Assembly (NCBI RefSeq): GCF_009834535.1
Contig: NC_045697.1
Location: forward strand, 58,034,001 to 58,098,000
Direction of reading: 5' to 3'
DNA length: 64,000 nucleotides
Source of the DNA: Camelus ferus
Taxonomy: Eukaryota
A model generated the notes under the pieces. It made no database searches. It saw nothing but the letters and a program-made list of their open reading frames with translations, and was not told the DNA's origin. Below, piece by piece: positions 49,881 through 64,000 of this stretch. The stretch's first letter is position 1. Every line of letters starts with the position of its first letter. The position numbers and the translations under genes are program-made.

Positions 49881-50994
49881 GGATCATACTACAGTTCTAC
49901 TTAATAAAACTTCTAAAACTTGGACAGACTACTTACATTATTGAAACTCTATTTCATCACTTGGAACACTGAGATAATGTCTGACTATACGTGACTGTGG
50001 TGAGAATGAAGAGGTAATATGTTTAAAACCCTTAGCACGATGGCTGGTATCTGTTAGGGACTCAGTAATATTCCTTACCATTCCTTTCCTCTCCCCTGAC
50101 AGTTTCTTTCATATGCTTTTGGGGTCACAATGTATGTTTGTACAAGATGTGCCAAGCACAGAAGTACCAAACAGTGAGACCTGTAACACAATCCATGCTG
50201 TTTCCCAAACTGTGCACTCATGTTCAGGGATTTCTCTGTCCAGAGGAAAGGGTACTTTACCTAATTCACACAGAGATAACAGAAGGACTAACTATAGCCT
50301 GGATTGTATGATTAACAAATTTCTGGTGCATTGCATCGATTTGGATTATTCAATAATGGAAAAGTTGAGCTTTAGAAAATAAAGTAGCAACAGTTACCCT
50401 GGCTGATTTCAAAATCTAGAAGAGTCATCCAAAAGCCATCCTCTCCTTTCCTTGATCTTTAGTGAATTTTACATCTATTTCATTTCAGTACTTTTCAGAC
50501 ATGTCTACATTCTAGAAATAATCATCACTTGCCTCAGAAAATTCAAGATGTAATGCACTGTACTTTGATTATAACTGCTATCCTCTACTGTTCTGACTCC
50601 CTTAATTGTGCTACATTTGGGCTTCACCTCTTTTGATTCCCCCATTTTCTCCAATCTATCAGCAGCCTCTTTCAAAACTCTCTTCTCAACCCAGCCTGGA
50701 TTGTATTGTAAATTACCTAAACTGCTTGCTCATAAATATCCCCAATTTCCTTGTATTCCTTTCTTTTACCTTATCTGCATAACAAAAAAGCCCTAATGCT
50801 GGATTATAGCCAAACCTCCTTTTTCCGCTCCTATACCTTTGTTGCCAAGCTAAACCAGAGAAAAAAGAAGAGCATAAAAATGTGGATGTTTTACACATTA
50901 ATATTCTCCAGCCACAGCTGGACTTTAAACACTGCTTCAATATCCTTGGCCATACTTCATCACATTTCTCAGTCCCCACCTGTTCCCACTCACC

Positions 50995-51500
50995 CATCTA
51001 TTCACTCATTCATTCAAAAATTTGCATTAAGTTTCTACCATGCAATATATATTTTGATGAGACCTGGAGATAAACACTGACCAATATATGGTGAGATCAA
51101 TAAGCTTATATTCTAGTCCAGGAAACAGAAAATAAACCAGAAAACAAAATAATTATAGTTTTTGGTTTTATGGAAGAAATAAATAGAAAAGATGCTCTGA
51201 GAGAATTACAAATTTGGATGGTGAAGGGGATACGGAGGTAGCATTCTTATATGTTAATCAGAGCAGAACACCTTATAGAACACATTCAAGTTGAAATTTA
51301 AAAGATGAGAAGACAGCCTTAAGAAAAGTTATGGGAAGATGCCCTGGCAAATAGCACAGCATAGGCAAAGGCTTTGTTTGTCAAAATACAGTGTTCTAGA
51401 ATGTGTCAGAAGTTCATTGTATCTAGACTATGGAGAAATTCCAATGTAGGGTTTAACTATGACATAGGAAATAGGGTGATTCATTCATGGATCATGCCAA
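50995..51500 (-). mobile_element. L2 3' fragment
   Basis: attcactcattcattcaaaaatttgcattaagtttctaccatg...agcttatattctagt. Confidence 0.75.
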
Positions 51501-51954
51501 AGGAACAAGGGAAGAAGGGAGGGAGAGAGGAAGGAAAGAAGGGAGAGAGAAGGGAAAAGAGAAAGAAAGAAACTTAGAATACCTGCTAGCAAATTAAAGA
51601 AGTAAAATGTCTTACTGTCTTATTAGATAGTTCACAGACTTTTTGGAAGACAGAGAAAACAAGCTTGAAGGCCATGAGAAAAGTATATGCCCAAACCACA
51701 CAGCAGGACTGTGCCAATGAAGAACCAGTCACTGCTTCTGGGATCAGAAACCTCTCTTGGCCCAGTGATCCTGGGCTCTGGTTCCTGATTCTCCCTCATC
51801 ATTGGTCCTAAAAGCCTCCATTGCCACCCTTAACTAAACACAGGTCCCATGTGACATCACTTTGCTACAAATGAGTCTAGGAGAGTAAATATCCAGCTTC
51901 TACCTTGGACTGGAGGAAATTTCAAGTAAGAAATTTCCAAAACATGAGAAATGT

Positions 51955-54552
51955 ACTTGGTAGCTAGATATTAAGATATGTTTATGCTGTGAAACATACA
52001 ACCGCCAAATCTCAGAAATTTACAACTTAAGTTCATTCCTTGCTCATGATTATATATATAGGTGATAGGTTCTCTGATTCTCTTCTCCATGTGTCTTCTC
52101 ATTCTGGGATGTAGATTCAAGAGCAACTTCTAAACCAGTTACGTTTTTCTTGTGTAAAAGTGCTACTCCAAAATGCAAAGACCCCAGTTCTTGTCATACC
52201 CGAAAGATAAGTTTAGTCAGGAGAAGTTGTGTTGTTTAGCAAAAGATTTTTTTAAATTTATTTTAAAAAGGAAAAGAAAAAATTTAATGAACAAAATAAA
52301 ATAAAAATAAAAAAGGAGAAGTACACCTCCAAGAACTGGAGGCAGGCTAATCCAAGGGAGGAAAAGCGGAGGGTTTTGTTTCCCCTTTCTCTTAGATCCT
52401 TGCTTAGAGGTGGTCTCTTGATTGATTGACAGCTCTTGTCCCTGGAATGCTTAGTCATGTTTGGCCCCTTTGCGCATGTCCTTACCCATGGTGTACACAG
52501 AAAAATCCATGGTGGGGGCCTAAACTACAATATTATTTATAATACAATGAACATTGGGTCATGTCTGATTAAGTCCTTGCTGTGACCCTGCAATTGTGTC
52601 TGTCAGGTTCTAACCAGTTTCTTGCTGGCACTCATTTAAAGAAGTAAAATCCCTTTGTGCTGCAGGTGGGCCTAACACCATCTTCTGGACCATCCTCCCT
52701 CTCCTCCATTTTTCTGCCCAGTGCCCCTACTTATCTAACTACCTAACAAAAGCACAATCAAGAATAAGATATTCCATGCAATCACACTGAATGCTCTAGT
52801 TTGCTAAACATCATGGCTATTGATATTCTTTGGCCAAATTAAGTCTCATGGCAAATTTTTTAAAAAATGGAATGAGGAAAACAAACTTCTCCAAATGCAG
52901 GGCCTGGGGGAGGAGAGGAAAAGTAAATATTTGCAAAAATAATCTATTAACACAATCTGCCCTTTTTGTCATAAATATTTGTTTCCCTTTCCTCTGCACA
53001 GAAAACACACCCCAAGGAAAACATCCTAAATGTCTTATCCAGTCATGGCATCAGGCTGTAAATCCATCACTTTGTAATAATTTCTACTTTATATCTAAAT
53101 GATGGCCCTCCTCTAGCTCAAACATCCATCATAAAATGGTGGAATATCTACCAAAAAGCATTAGCATTTGAAAAGAGAATGGTGAAAGACACAGAGCAAT
53201 CAATCACTGGTCCATAGATATCTGAAATTCAGCTAGACAAACCTCGCAGAGTTCCCTCTTCTTTGTAGTTGAGCATGTTCCTCAATTAGTTTATGGCTCT
53301 GCCCACTGGGAGGAATTCCTCAGTTCATTTTTCTCCATAGGTCTAAGCCTTGCCCTCTGGAAAGTTTCCTTTTGATTAGTCTCCTTGGCAACACGTGATG
53401 AGAATTTTCTTTTTCTTTCCAATAGAGATTTGGATGCCAAAAGTTCATTTTACATATCAAAAGTTCACTTACATATCTATTAAAAGACACAAATTCTTTT
53501 AATACAGGCTAGCAGTGACTTTAAAAGTACAAATCTCTCAAAAAATTTTTTTTTTTTTATGTGAAATAAATAAAATAATCTATTCAGAGATTTTAACAAA
53601 GAGTTAAACCATGCTCATGACTTGATTTCCCTTAAGCATGTGTTTTAATGGCTATGCCCAGGATTTGGTCTTTGGCCTAAGGATGCATCTTAATAAGGCA
53701 TTGGGTTTCTAAACATTTCTCAGTTTTATATTTACTGTTTAGAGAAGAGAACCCATTATATTTCCTAGCCCTGCAAGTCTCAGGTAGTCAAAACTCTAGT
53801 TTCTTTTTTATCCTTCCTTGAAACAAGCAACTGTTTTTTTTTTCTCTGAGCTCATTTCTTGCTGTAGCATTTTATCCAACATAGCATAATACCTAACCCT
53901 CATAATAACATTTACTTTCCAAACCTTACAGGTCTAAGCCACAGTTTTATTAGACACATTAGCTACCTTCCAAATGATCACAATTAATGATTTTGTTTTT
54001 CTTTCTCATTGCATGATATAGAGCATCATTTTCTAGTTTCTAATAACACTTTTTTGGAATTTTTTTCTTCCTTTTATTGGCCCCAAAGCCAATGTCAAGT
54101 GTTATAAATTTTTGTTTTAGCAGTACAATGTCTGTGTTAGTCAGCTTTGATAATCTATGTTGTGTAACAAACATCCCCCAAACCAACAAAAATGAAGGGT
54201 TTTTGCTCTTTTTTACATGGATTTTGTAGGATGGCTGTCCCTCTGCTCTAGTTTGTAGGGGAGATTTGAGTCTTCTACATTTGTCCTCCAATTCTACAAG
54301 CCAGCTGTAGATTGGGACAGCTCCATGACTTTTCTCATACCAGAGGGGAAAAGCAAGAGAAGATAAGCCAGAATATGCCACTGTGCATATAGCTCCTGCT
54401 CAGGGACAACATATGGCAAATCTTCTCACATAAGTTGCCAAAAGTTAGTCACTTGGCCAATGGGATGAAAAATTATAATCATACATTGGGAGGTTAGTAA
54501 TAATAGAGGAAGGGAGAACAAACGTTTGTAAACAGTAATACAACTTATCACA
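51955..54552 (-). mobile_element. Old MaLR proviral relic (LTR ~51955-52970, internal ~52970-54130, LTR ~54130-54552)
   Basis: Two related MLT1-type LTRs (tatgctgtgaaacatacaaccgccaaatctcag / tatgttgtgtaacaaacatccccca) bracket MLT1-int-like sequence; boundaries approximate. Confidence 0.55.
52161..52748 (-). mobile_element. ERV1-class solo LTR (copy B, same family as 47756-48297), nested in an MLT1 LTR
   Basis: Reverse complement begins tgttaggtagttagataagtaggggcactgggcag, similar to copy A; TSD aaag at 52157-52160 and 52749-52752. Confidence 0.8.
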
Positions 54553-55299
54553 GAGTTAATATGAAAAAAATCTCAGAACCAACTCCTCAGGACTATAAAA
54601 ATTAGAGTTTAAATAAAGAAGAGGCAAAAAAGAGGAAGAATCAATCAGTGAGATAGTAGGAATATTAGGAAAATATAAAATCATATGAACAAGTAAGAAA
54701 ATAATTAAAAAGAAAACAAATAGCTAACTCTGTCAAGAACCACTAAAAGGTTGAGTAAGTTGAGGCCTGAAAGACATCTATGGATTGAGGCAACATGAAG
54801 ACCATTGGTGAACTAGATATGAAAAATTTCAGTAGAGCAAAGGAGCTACTGCCAGGTCAGAAACATATGCTAAAGAATAAATAGGAGATTGTGAAGTTTG
54901 AGAGAACTGATAAATTCACCCATCTCTTCCTTACCAATTTCAGAATGAAATACACCTAGGATCAAGAGCTATTAAGATCAAAATGACAAATTTATAACTA
55001 GTAAAGCTCAAATGGAAACTAAAGCTAGACCTGTGGCCAATATATGCATCCTTACATTTTCCTTTTCTTATAAAACATAGAATATATCCACAGGGTAGAC
55101 TGGATCTGCAGAACAGACTTCATTTACCTGTGTGTAAGAAAAAAAAATAGTTGTCTCAGTCCCTTCAATCCTTTTAAGTCAGTACATAGAGAATCTGACT
55201 TTCAAGAGTCTTTAAATGACAGATCTTGGGCCTCAGTTCCAACAAATTTCCTATATAGAGAGCATGAGAAGTAGAAGAATGCATCTATCCTCTAGGTAG

Positions 55300-57335
55300 A
55301 TATGGTGGAGACTATTAATTGACTCCCAGTGTCACATTTCCTTTCATAACCTTAGAACTGTACCTCCTCCCCACTGAATTTAGCAAGACAAATGGATGTC
55401 TAGCTAGAGACCAAACTGCCCACCATTTCTTGCTTCCAGTATGGTCCAGATTAAGCAACAAAGTGAAATGAACAAATTCCAGGTCATATTCTTAAAACAA
55501 AAATATATTATCATCTACTTTCTCTTCCTCGTCTGGGTTCAGAGAGATGGAAACAAATAGCATATCAGAGATGGAAACTACATGTCTCAGGCAGCAGAGC
55601 CACTTCACCAGCCCGAATCTCTGGAACAACTTTTGGATCAGTTACCTAACTACCCTGGAAGCTTCATAGCCCTCTGGACTCTTATGTGAAAGATAAATTT
55701 TCCCTTGTTTGACTGACTGTATTTTAATTAATACAGAATTTGGAATTTAGCAATGCCATGCTGCTATAATAAAAATCTGAAATGAAGCACTGGCTTCTCA
55801 CATGGGCTGTGAGCATCAAGAACACGAAAATTTTAGCTTTAAAACTTGGTTACCCTTATTGTGTCATGACAAAATATCTAGTCGGCTACAGTAGTGTGGA
55901 AGGCAAATCACATGCTTTTCAAACTAATAAGTAGTTCAGAAAAGGTAATTGTGCTCTACTCTGTGACTTTAACTGGTTGCTTTTAGCTAGATCCTGAAAG
56001 AGACTAATGAAGATAGACAAGAATTAGCCAGGTTTCAAACAGAGACAAAATGAAAAATTTTGCTTCCAAAGAACATTTTCTTGTCCTGTGTTTGCAATTT
56101 GAATTAACTGTAAGTCTAGAGTCTGAGTACCTAACAGTATTGAAAATATTACTTTTTCTGTATAACTCTACTCAAAAAAGATAAAATTACTTTCCAGAGC
56201 CTTTTTCTAATACATCTCACTAAGATTTCTCAGTTAGATATGATGGCAAAAATCACACTATGATGTTTCTTTCTATCAAGACTTTTTTTTCGTACAAAAT
56301 AGCCTCATGTAGCCTCAGTTACTCTGAGGAAGGAAGAATGGACCTAACAGTGTAAATAAATAAAAGCACGAATGATTAAAAACAATAACTACATAGTAGA
56401 CATGAAGGAAGCTTCAGAAGGCAAGCCAAAAACCAATGAGGACAATGGACAAATCAGACAAGAACAAGGTCTAACCAAGGAAATTTTCCACTGCCAATTG
56501 GGGAAGTCTTTATAATTCCTGTCCAACAGGAGTTAATCATTATTATGAACTAGTGAGGGCTAGGTGTTGCCTATTCTTTCCAATTCCAAATGGTCAAAAT
56601 AGGGCTTTATCGCCAATACTCTGTTTCCATTATACTGTGCATTAGGGAGGGGTGTGTGTGTGTGTGTGTGTGTGTGTAGTAGGACTAGATAGTGAAGGAA
56701 GTAATTCATCTATTAATGTATATGTCACCAGACCTTGAAAAGTAACATCCAGACTCAGTGGAGAGAATTACTTATTACCAAGAGATAGTGGACTTTATGC
56801 AGAATGGAACTGTGTCCTATCTTTTTGTAGAGAAATGTGGGAGATGATACACATTTACACTTCAGTGGCCAGAGGAAAAGAAACTGCTCATCATCCCTTA
56901 CTACCCATTCACCCATCTGACTACAACCTTTACAACCCACCCTTCTCTTTGATTCTGAGCCACAAAAATCCAAATAAAGAAAATTTCTCAGTTTCTCTTG
57001 TTAAGTGGCTACAGTCTCAACTGGATTTAAAATAGAAGGGATATGTGTAACACACAGGTAACATCTTTAAAAGGAAACCGTATTTCCCTTCGTTTCCTCT
57101 TTCCCCTTACTGCTTGCTGGGAAATGGTGATACCTGAAACAGATACTTTTAAGTTAAGAAATAGAAACCATGTGCTGAAGATAATAGATGCCCCTCAGAC
57201 AGCATGCTTAATACCCTTGGAACTTGTGCCAACTTTACGCCAAAAATTGAAAGAGAAATAAACTTGTTAGATCGAATGAGTCTTTACAGGGTTTTGGTCT
57301 GTTTTACAGAAATTTAACATGTACTCTTAACTAAT
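55300..57335 (+). mobile_element. Old MaLR relic (LTR - internal - LTR), approximate
   Basis: MLT1-type LTR motifs at 55300-55735 and 57040-57335, with MLT1-int-like start (acagaatttgga...tgccatgctgctataataaaaatctgaaa...gcactggct). Confidence 0.5.
56653..56677. repeat. (TG)n microsatellite
   Basis: Direct observation. Confidence 0.95.
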
Positions 57336-57969
57336 TTAATTAGTTCCTTTTCCCAAAATCACCAATAGCATATATCACTCATCTTAAGTAGAAGATTAAG
57401 TGAGGAGGACTACCAGTATAATAAAAATAATCTTCAGAGTGAAGTAGGAATGTTATTCTTCCTTAACTTAGGTATAAAAGTAGACACAGGTTATACAATA
57501 GCTCTATCAAGAATTAGGAACAGTAAGATAAATAAAGAAATGAGGCATATTTGGAGTAACTGGAAAGCACTTTTAAATAAGGATTGGCTAGAACATTTCT
57601 GTAGCATTATTATTTTAGGGGTTCTGATAGATTACACATTAAAACAGAAGATAAAAGTATAAAAGCCTAAAGATTTGGTTGTTCTATCCTAGATAAACTA
57701 AGTCAAAAATGTTTCAGGGAGTTAAGCAAGGGTCAAAAGGTTTTTATTTTTTTAATGATACAAAGGATGCTGCCAAATTGAAAGAAAGGAAACTTAAATT
57801 CTGCTGACTCAGAGACTATGAATTTCAAAAAGAAACTTAAGTTCCACAAATGAAGGAAGCCATTGCTATTGGCAGGATCTGGAAAGTGCCACTGAAGTGG
57901 CTGGCAAAATTTAAACTGAGAAGGGACACAATACAATTAATGCCATGCTGAGTTTCAGTCACCTTGGGG

Positions 57970-60900
57970 ACACAACCAGTTTCTGATCAAGAGTCAACTA
58001 GCCATAGCCAGAATGGCTACCCTACCTCCCTTGCTTAGGAAAGTAAAGCTTTCCTTGCTTAGTAAGTACAGTTGCAGTACTGGTACAAAAATAAAGGAGA
58101 ATTGCATAAGTGTGTGGTACTGATAATTTACGTTACAACTATTTGTAGATATAATAAGGTTGGAATCATGGAGATACATTGCAAGGGTTGCATTTATTTT
58201 TCTACATCTTTGAAACTTTTAAGAAAACCAAGCATATTAAATCTTTGATTTAAAGGCTGCAAATTTAAATAGAAGAACTGCTGAGCATTTCATTTTACAA
58301 AAAATAGGCAGTGTGCTAATGGTAAGGAACAGAGAGAGTTATGATATAGTAGACAGATGGAAAATAGAAGAGATATGCCTTTACAAAGACAAGAAAGAAA
58401 AGGATCAGTTACACATGTGGAAGGTTTGGCCTTTGAGAAAGTGATGTACTTTCTCACAATCACAATTTTAGTGAAAATGAAGAAAATATGGTTGCAGCTG
58501 CAGGTTGATTTATAAATTTGGTGATGGAAAGATGAATGAGTCTCATTCGATGGCTTCAATTTTCTAAGTGAAGTGTGAGGTAAAGTCATTACTGTGAAAG
58601 GAAAAGAAGAGAGAGAAACATAAGTAAGTCAAGAAAGGGAAAAAAATCGTGGTCAGGAGATGAACAAGTAAATTTTCTAGGTAAAAACAGTTGGGTGTAT
58701 TAAGTAACCAACTGAGTTTATGTTTATGTAATTAAAATTACTCTACTTCAGTAAAAAAATTGGAAAAAAAAACAAAATTACGGAACTAATAAACTGTATA
58801 ATAGTATTCCAAAAAAAAAAAAAAATCATGCAGTCTTGCCCAATAGTGTCCTCTTATAGCATTCAGCAGCATGAATACAATCATAAATAACGGAGATTCT
58901 TGCACTGAACCAATGTGTGTCTCCTACCAGGCACATGTAACCTAAGGAGCACAGGGAGTTGAGAGTACTTTCCAGGAGGTGATTAGACTATCATGCTATT
59001 CCAAGAAATAAAGGGTAAAGACAAAGTGAAGCCAGGGGTAGGCTGACGGATGATGAAAAAAGTGACAGGACCAGTGGACCAGAGATCTCAATGCAACTGA
59101 AAAAACTTGTTCTGTTACATAAAATAGTGGATCTTGCTCTCCCCATGCATCCAGTAACTCCCCCACAATTCTCACTTTCTGGTGATGACCTTTCTTCATA
59201 TTCTTCTGGGGGGAAAAAAAGTCAGTCGGAAGAGACAGTACACAAATTCCCCAACTAACTACCACATCTCCCAGCTGATCTGGCTCCCTACTTGTATCCA
59301 ATGAGTTCCCTCCAGTTGCCAGAGATCAACTGTTCAAAATCCCACCCGAAGCCAAACTCTGCACTTTTGCCCTGGACCCCACCACTGATACACTGCTTTT
59401 CCTTTCTTTCTCGGATCATTAATTCTTTCTTCTGACCTGAAACACAACCACCAGCCAAAAACATATGCTATTATTTCTCATATCAAAAAATAATTACTTT
59501 AAAAATTGTGACCTCACACCACCTTGTATTGTAAATTGTTACAATACAATTTTTTGCTGTCCCTTTAAAATAAAACTCTTTATAGACATCCTTCTGATAG
59601 ATAAGGAAGCTGAGGCTTAAAAAGGCCAAGTAACTTCTACAAGGTCCCTCAGTTAATAAGAGACAGATCCAAGAGCATAGTCATTTCTCTTAATATGAGT
59701 CCAATTATCTCATACTATATGCATTGCAATGTGTCTGCATTTCATCTATGTTTAATAAGATGCTGAAAATGGGCACTTTCTGTCTCAGTTTTGAGAAAGG
59801 TCACAAAAGCTGAGAACAACAACTCTTTAAAAGCAGACTCTGTACCCATCATTTCCAATTTGTCTCCTCTCCTCTCTTGAATCAAGTTCAATCACAATTT
59901 TATCCACAATAACATTAACTGTTATCTTCAATGTTACCAATGATCTCCAGATTGGTAAAACCAATTGAAAATTCTCAATTATCTTCCTACTCTATTAATT
60001 AATAATTGCTTCATTTTTTTCACTAACTCATATGTGTAATTTTTTCTTCCCTTGACTTCTATGATACATGGCTATGTTGGTTATTCTTGTTTCCTCATAG
60101 TTAACTTTCCCTCTTGTCACCTTTGTTGGTTTCCCTTAATTTTTCCAGCTGCCAAAATATTGGCACATCATGAAGCACCATGTCCAACTCCATCACTCCT
60201 TCATCTACACTCATTTCCATGGCTGTCTCATCCAATTGCATAATTTTAAATGACATCAACATGCTGACTAGAATGACACTTAGATTTCAAGCTAGATTCC
60301 CCTCACAATCTCAGATCTTATACTTGCTACTTGATATCTCCATTTAGATGATCTTAGGTTTACTCTGCCCCAAACAAAACTCCCAGTTTTCTACCCCAGT
60401 AACTGAAATTTTAAAAATCTCGAGTCACCCTTGGTGCCTCTATTTTTTGACATCTCATTTGCATCAATATATCATCTTTCTTAATTTTAGAAGTTTGCAT
60501 CTAATATAATCACTTCTTATATCTCTTGCATTTTGACAACCCTAGTCCAGTCTAACTTCATCTTTCACTGAATTACCACAACAGAATTCTATTTTTGCTG
60601 CCTTCCATCCTTAACCCTATATAGTCTATTTTCTACTGCATACAGAGTGACAATTTTTAAACATATTATATTGTGCAATTCCTATAGATCTTTCAACAAA
60701 TTTCCATCTTAATCAACTAAGACCCAAAGTCCTTACAGGGGACTATAAGGCCCTATGTGATTGAGCCCCCTGCCATCTCTCTGGACTCTGAGATATAGTA
60801 GTGTAAGGAATTTTGTTTTGTTTCATTTAAATGTCTTATTATCTTGCCCTGGTTCATGCTGGCAGCAATGGGTGCAGTAGGATTCTGAGGCTGAACTTAA

Positions 60901-61627
60901 CCACGCAAAAAAATCCATTTTTTTCTCACTCCTAGCAGAATATTTTATCTACGTCATTAGGAAAAAACGACGTCATCAAACATAATCTACAGCAAACACT
61001 ATCTACAAGCATGATCCTACTGACACATCAAACACATTATAACCTGGAACCAATCATCAGACTTAAACATATGGTATCATTTTTCAAATCAAAATTAATT
61101 TTTTTAAAATGTTGATCTCCAATTCTCTTTCAGCTACAAAAATACTTCTCTGCTTTCCCTTTATTTGCCTTTCTTTTTTCCTAAACCTACATTTATCGCC
61201 TTACTTCCATTCTTGGAAGAAGATAAGATACCTTTTCAGATTCCCTACTTCTGCTCAATGACAACTCCTCCATCTTTTTTTTTTCTATTTCCTTAAATAT
61301 ATTTCTCTGTCAATTAGCCCTTTTTCACTCTGTGTATTCAGTCTCTCTCACTTTCTCTCTCATTTTCAGCTTTTAAATATGCACAAGATTATTCCATCCT
61401 AAAAAACAAAGCAAAACAAAATTCTGTTGACCCTATTTACTTCACAGCTTTCCAATACCTTTCTTTTTCTTTTCACTATCATGGTCCTTGAAAGATTCCT
61501 GGGTCTTTCCTTATATCACATTCGTTTCTTGATCAGTTGTTAACTGTTTTTGTTCTCCTAACACTACTAAAATTGCTTTGGAAAAAGGTCACCAATGAGA
61601 CCCTTATTGCTGAATGCAACAGAAATA

Positions 61628-61690
<63 letters not shown>

Positions 61691-61800
61691 CTTATCTTCT
61701 GCTTGTGGTGTTGATCATTTCCTTCTTGAAATCCCTTCTCTGCTAAGAGTCCCATGACACTCCCCTCTTCTCACTCTTCTGCTATTCCAACTTTTCTCAG
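57970..61800. mobile_element. Mosaic of degenerate L2 (minus ~57970-59110, plus ~59110-61800) with a MIR at ~59580-59690
   Basis: Purine/pyrimidine strand switch and L2 motifs (gttaccaatgatctccagattgg, ccaaagtccttacagg, ggtcaccaatgagaccc). Confidence 0.55.
61630..61689. repeat. Perfect (TG)30 microsatellite
   Basis: Direct observation. Confidence 0.97.
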
Positions 61801-64000
61801 TTTTCTGTGTCACCTCCACTCCTAGGACTTGATAAATTCAACTTGCTTGATCCCTTAAACCAAGGCATCTTCATGTTCACCCTTGATCTAACATACTGCT
61901 AGAGCCTGGTAACAGAGTATCGTATCATCTGATTTCACACTGCCTCCAGGTCAAACCTGAAAACTCTGTGATGGTGTTGCTAGACTGTATCTGTCTAGCC
62001 AGAGGGTCAACATGATGTTTGGCAAATAATCAATGGTTCTGAAGTTGGAGATCCTAGTCAATTGGAGATCCTAGTCAATCTCAGAAATTCATCAATCAAC
62101 TTTGTAGCAATTTAATCCTATTGGCCGCAGACCAAAGTAATTTGCTGTCGTTAGAAGATACATGCCAACACAGGGTGGTGCCTCTGAGACCTCCGGCAAG
62201 TGACAGGGTTCTTAGAGGGTGAAAAGTTGGTTGTCATGGAAACCCTTTAGGTCCTTAGGAACTGAGACAGCTATTTCCTCTTTTGAAGAAGGCTTAAGAA
62301 CTGCTTTCCTACACGTGGAAGGACAATAAAAATATGATAGGGCTTCAGTTTTTTTCTGGTCTATATAAGAGGAAGTGATACTCAATTTCAGGGAGCTCAG
62401 GATGATTTTCATGGAAATAAGGCCTTAGGCAAAAATCCAACTCACAAAGTTTTACAAAAAGAAAAAGTACAAATAAACCTCCTCCGAAGGCCTTAAGTCC
62501 CACCAAAATGAATTAAAAAATGAAACAACATTAACAATAATAAATTTTCACCCAGCCCTACCTAGTGCCACCTTCTTCCTCAGACCTACAGTGCAGAGGG
62601 GAGAGGCAGCCCTGAACGGGTTCCTCAAACAGCCACCTAGGGGGAGGGCCACATTTTCCCATCTGGCTCCGGCCCGCCCACCCCATCGTCTCACCAGCTG
62701 TTTGCCATTGGAAACCGGTTGCTTAAGCCAAACTCAGTTATTCACCACAAATCCCCAGCTCTTTGTTGTTCCTGGAAGGTTGCCCACCTCCTGCAATGCT
62801 CTCTCCATCTCCTATGTTTTGAAGTATTTTCTCCATTCTTTAAGGATCCAATCAAGTCTTGTCATTTCCCAGAAGACTTCTCCAACTATAACTGCTTTTG
62901 CTGACATAGCTGAATTCATAAAACTCTGACAGTCTGTAAATACCATTTGACCTCAACAAAGATACCATATATTTGTTTTCTGGTTTTTTTGTTTGTTTGT
63001 TTATTTGTTTAACTTATGCTACTCTCCTCCCCACTAGAGTTAGCTTCCTTGAAGGGCAGAACTTGGTCACAATCATCTTGGTCTCTACCTTAGTCTGTAG
63101 CACAGGGTAGGTTCATAGTTAATGCTTATTAAAGGCAGAAGCATAAAAACACAAACTATAAATTAATAATAATAAGTGATACAGTGTAATTACATTCTCC
63201 ATGGTAGAAATTTCTATTTCTACTGCAAATTCTCAAGACTCAAATGTATCATGGCTATGTACAATTTACTTCTAACTCCATATGGTCTACTCAAGATCCA
63301 TAGTTTATGTGCAGTATATTCATCCCTCGTGTGAATATTTTCACCTGTGGCCTAATTTTACTTTTCTCTAATAATCTGAAGGTGTTGATCAAAGACTAAT
63401 TTTCCTAGGTGGAATAGTTGGAGTGATATAGACACTAAAAAATTCAAAACATTTACATTACACATGGAGAGTATCTAGCAATATATATTTTTCTTCAATC
63501 CTGCTTCTTTATGGTAATTCCCTTGGGTAAAATATAATACTTCTTATAGCAATATAGAATCACATTGCTTTGAAAAATGTATGTTACAGCAGTATTTATA
63601 TTGAGAATATCACACTTTGTAGGTATGCTCTGTTTTTTGACCTCAATGGTTCAGTTTAACTGGGGACCATTAGCACCTCTGCTAGTATGTATACAGCACA
63701 TATCATTAATTTTCTTCCTACCCTCACCTGAATGTGGCCACCCTGAAGATCTGGAACTTCTGGGGATGTTTCAGAATCCCTAAAGTGTTTCTTAACTACA
63801 CTGAACAGGTCTTATACTGTCTTTGTTATGTTCAGCCAATGTTTGGAACTATTCCACTAGTATGAAACAAAGTTCCAATTTTTCTGCCAAGAATGATGTC
63901 TGAATAATAATTCTGATAGAAACTTTGCTGGGTGGTTCTCACGTTTAAAAGAGGAAAAGGGATATTCTAAGTGTTTATGGTTGGCTATGAAAAATGTCAA

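Noticed and set aside
61537..61755. VC- and HT-repeat ORFs
   Set aside because: Translation of the (TG)30 microsatellite.
62632..62650. CTCF site (gccacctagggggagggc)
   Set aside because: It needs an insertion or several mismatches to fit the core motif.
1..64000. CRISPR arrays, operons or other prokaryotic systems
   Set aside because: The sequence is mammalian (L1/L2/MIR/LTR content, CpG depletion); no repeat-spacer arrays or dense ORFs.

Overview
AT-rich mammalian intergenic/intronic DNA, most likely from a camelid: it has a Vic-1-type tRNA-derived SINE and cetartiodactyl-type L1 3' ends, and I saw no Bov-tA, PRE-1 or Alu. No intact protein-coding gene is visible. Much of the window is interspersed repeats: young and old L1, L2, MIR, MaLR/ERVL/ERV1 LTRs, hAT DNA transposons and microsatellites. 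The main unexplained signal is a decayed, intron-containing coding system on the minus strand at ~5.7-21.4 kb. It is a chain of GT-AG-bounded, phase-compatible exons carrying scattered stops and indels. The 5' part (~21.4-17.3 kb) shows, in the expected order, degenerate motifs resembling CMC/EnSpm-Mirage-type DNA transposases. The 3' part (~15.4-5.7 kb) resembles the SAMD3-like proteins that accompany such transposases in fish and invertebrates. I read this as a fossil of an ancient, probably once-domesticated, transposon-derived gene or gene pair. All family assignments come from motif recall, not database searches.
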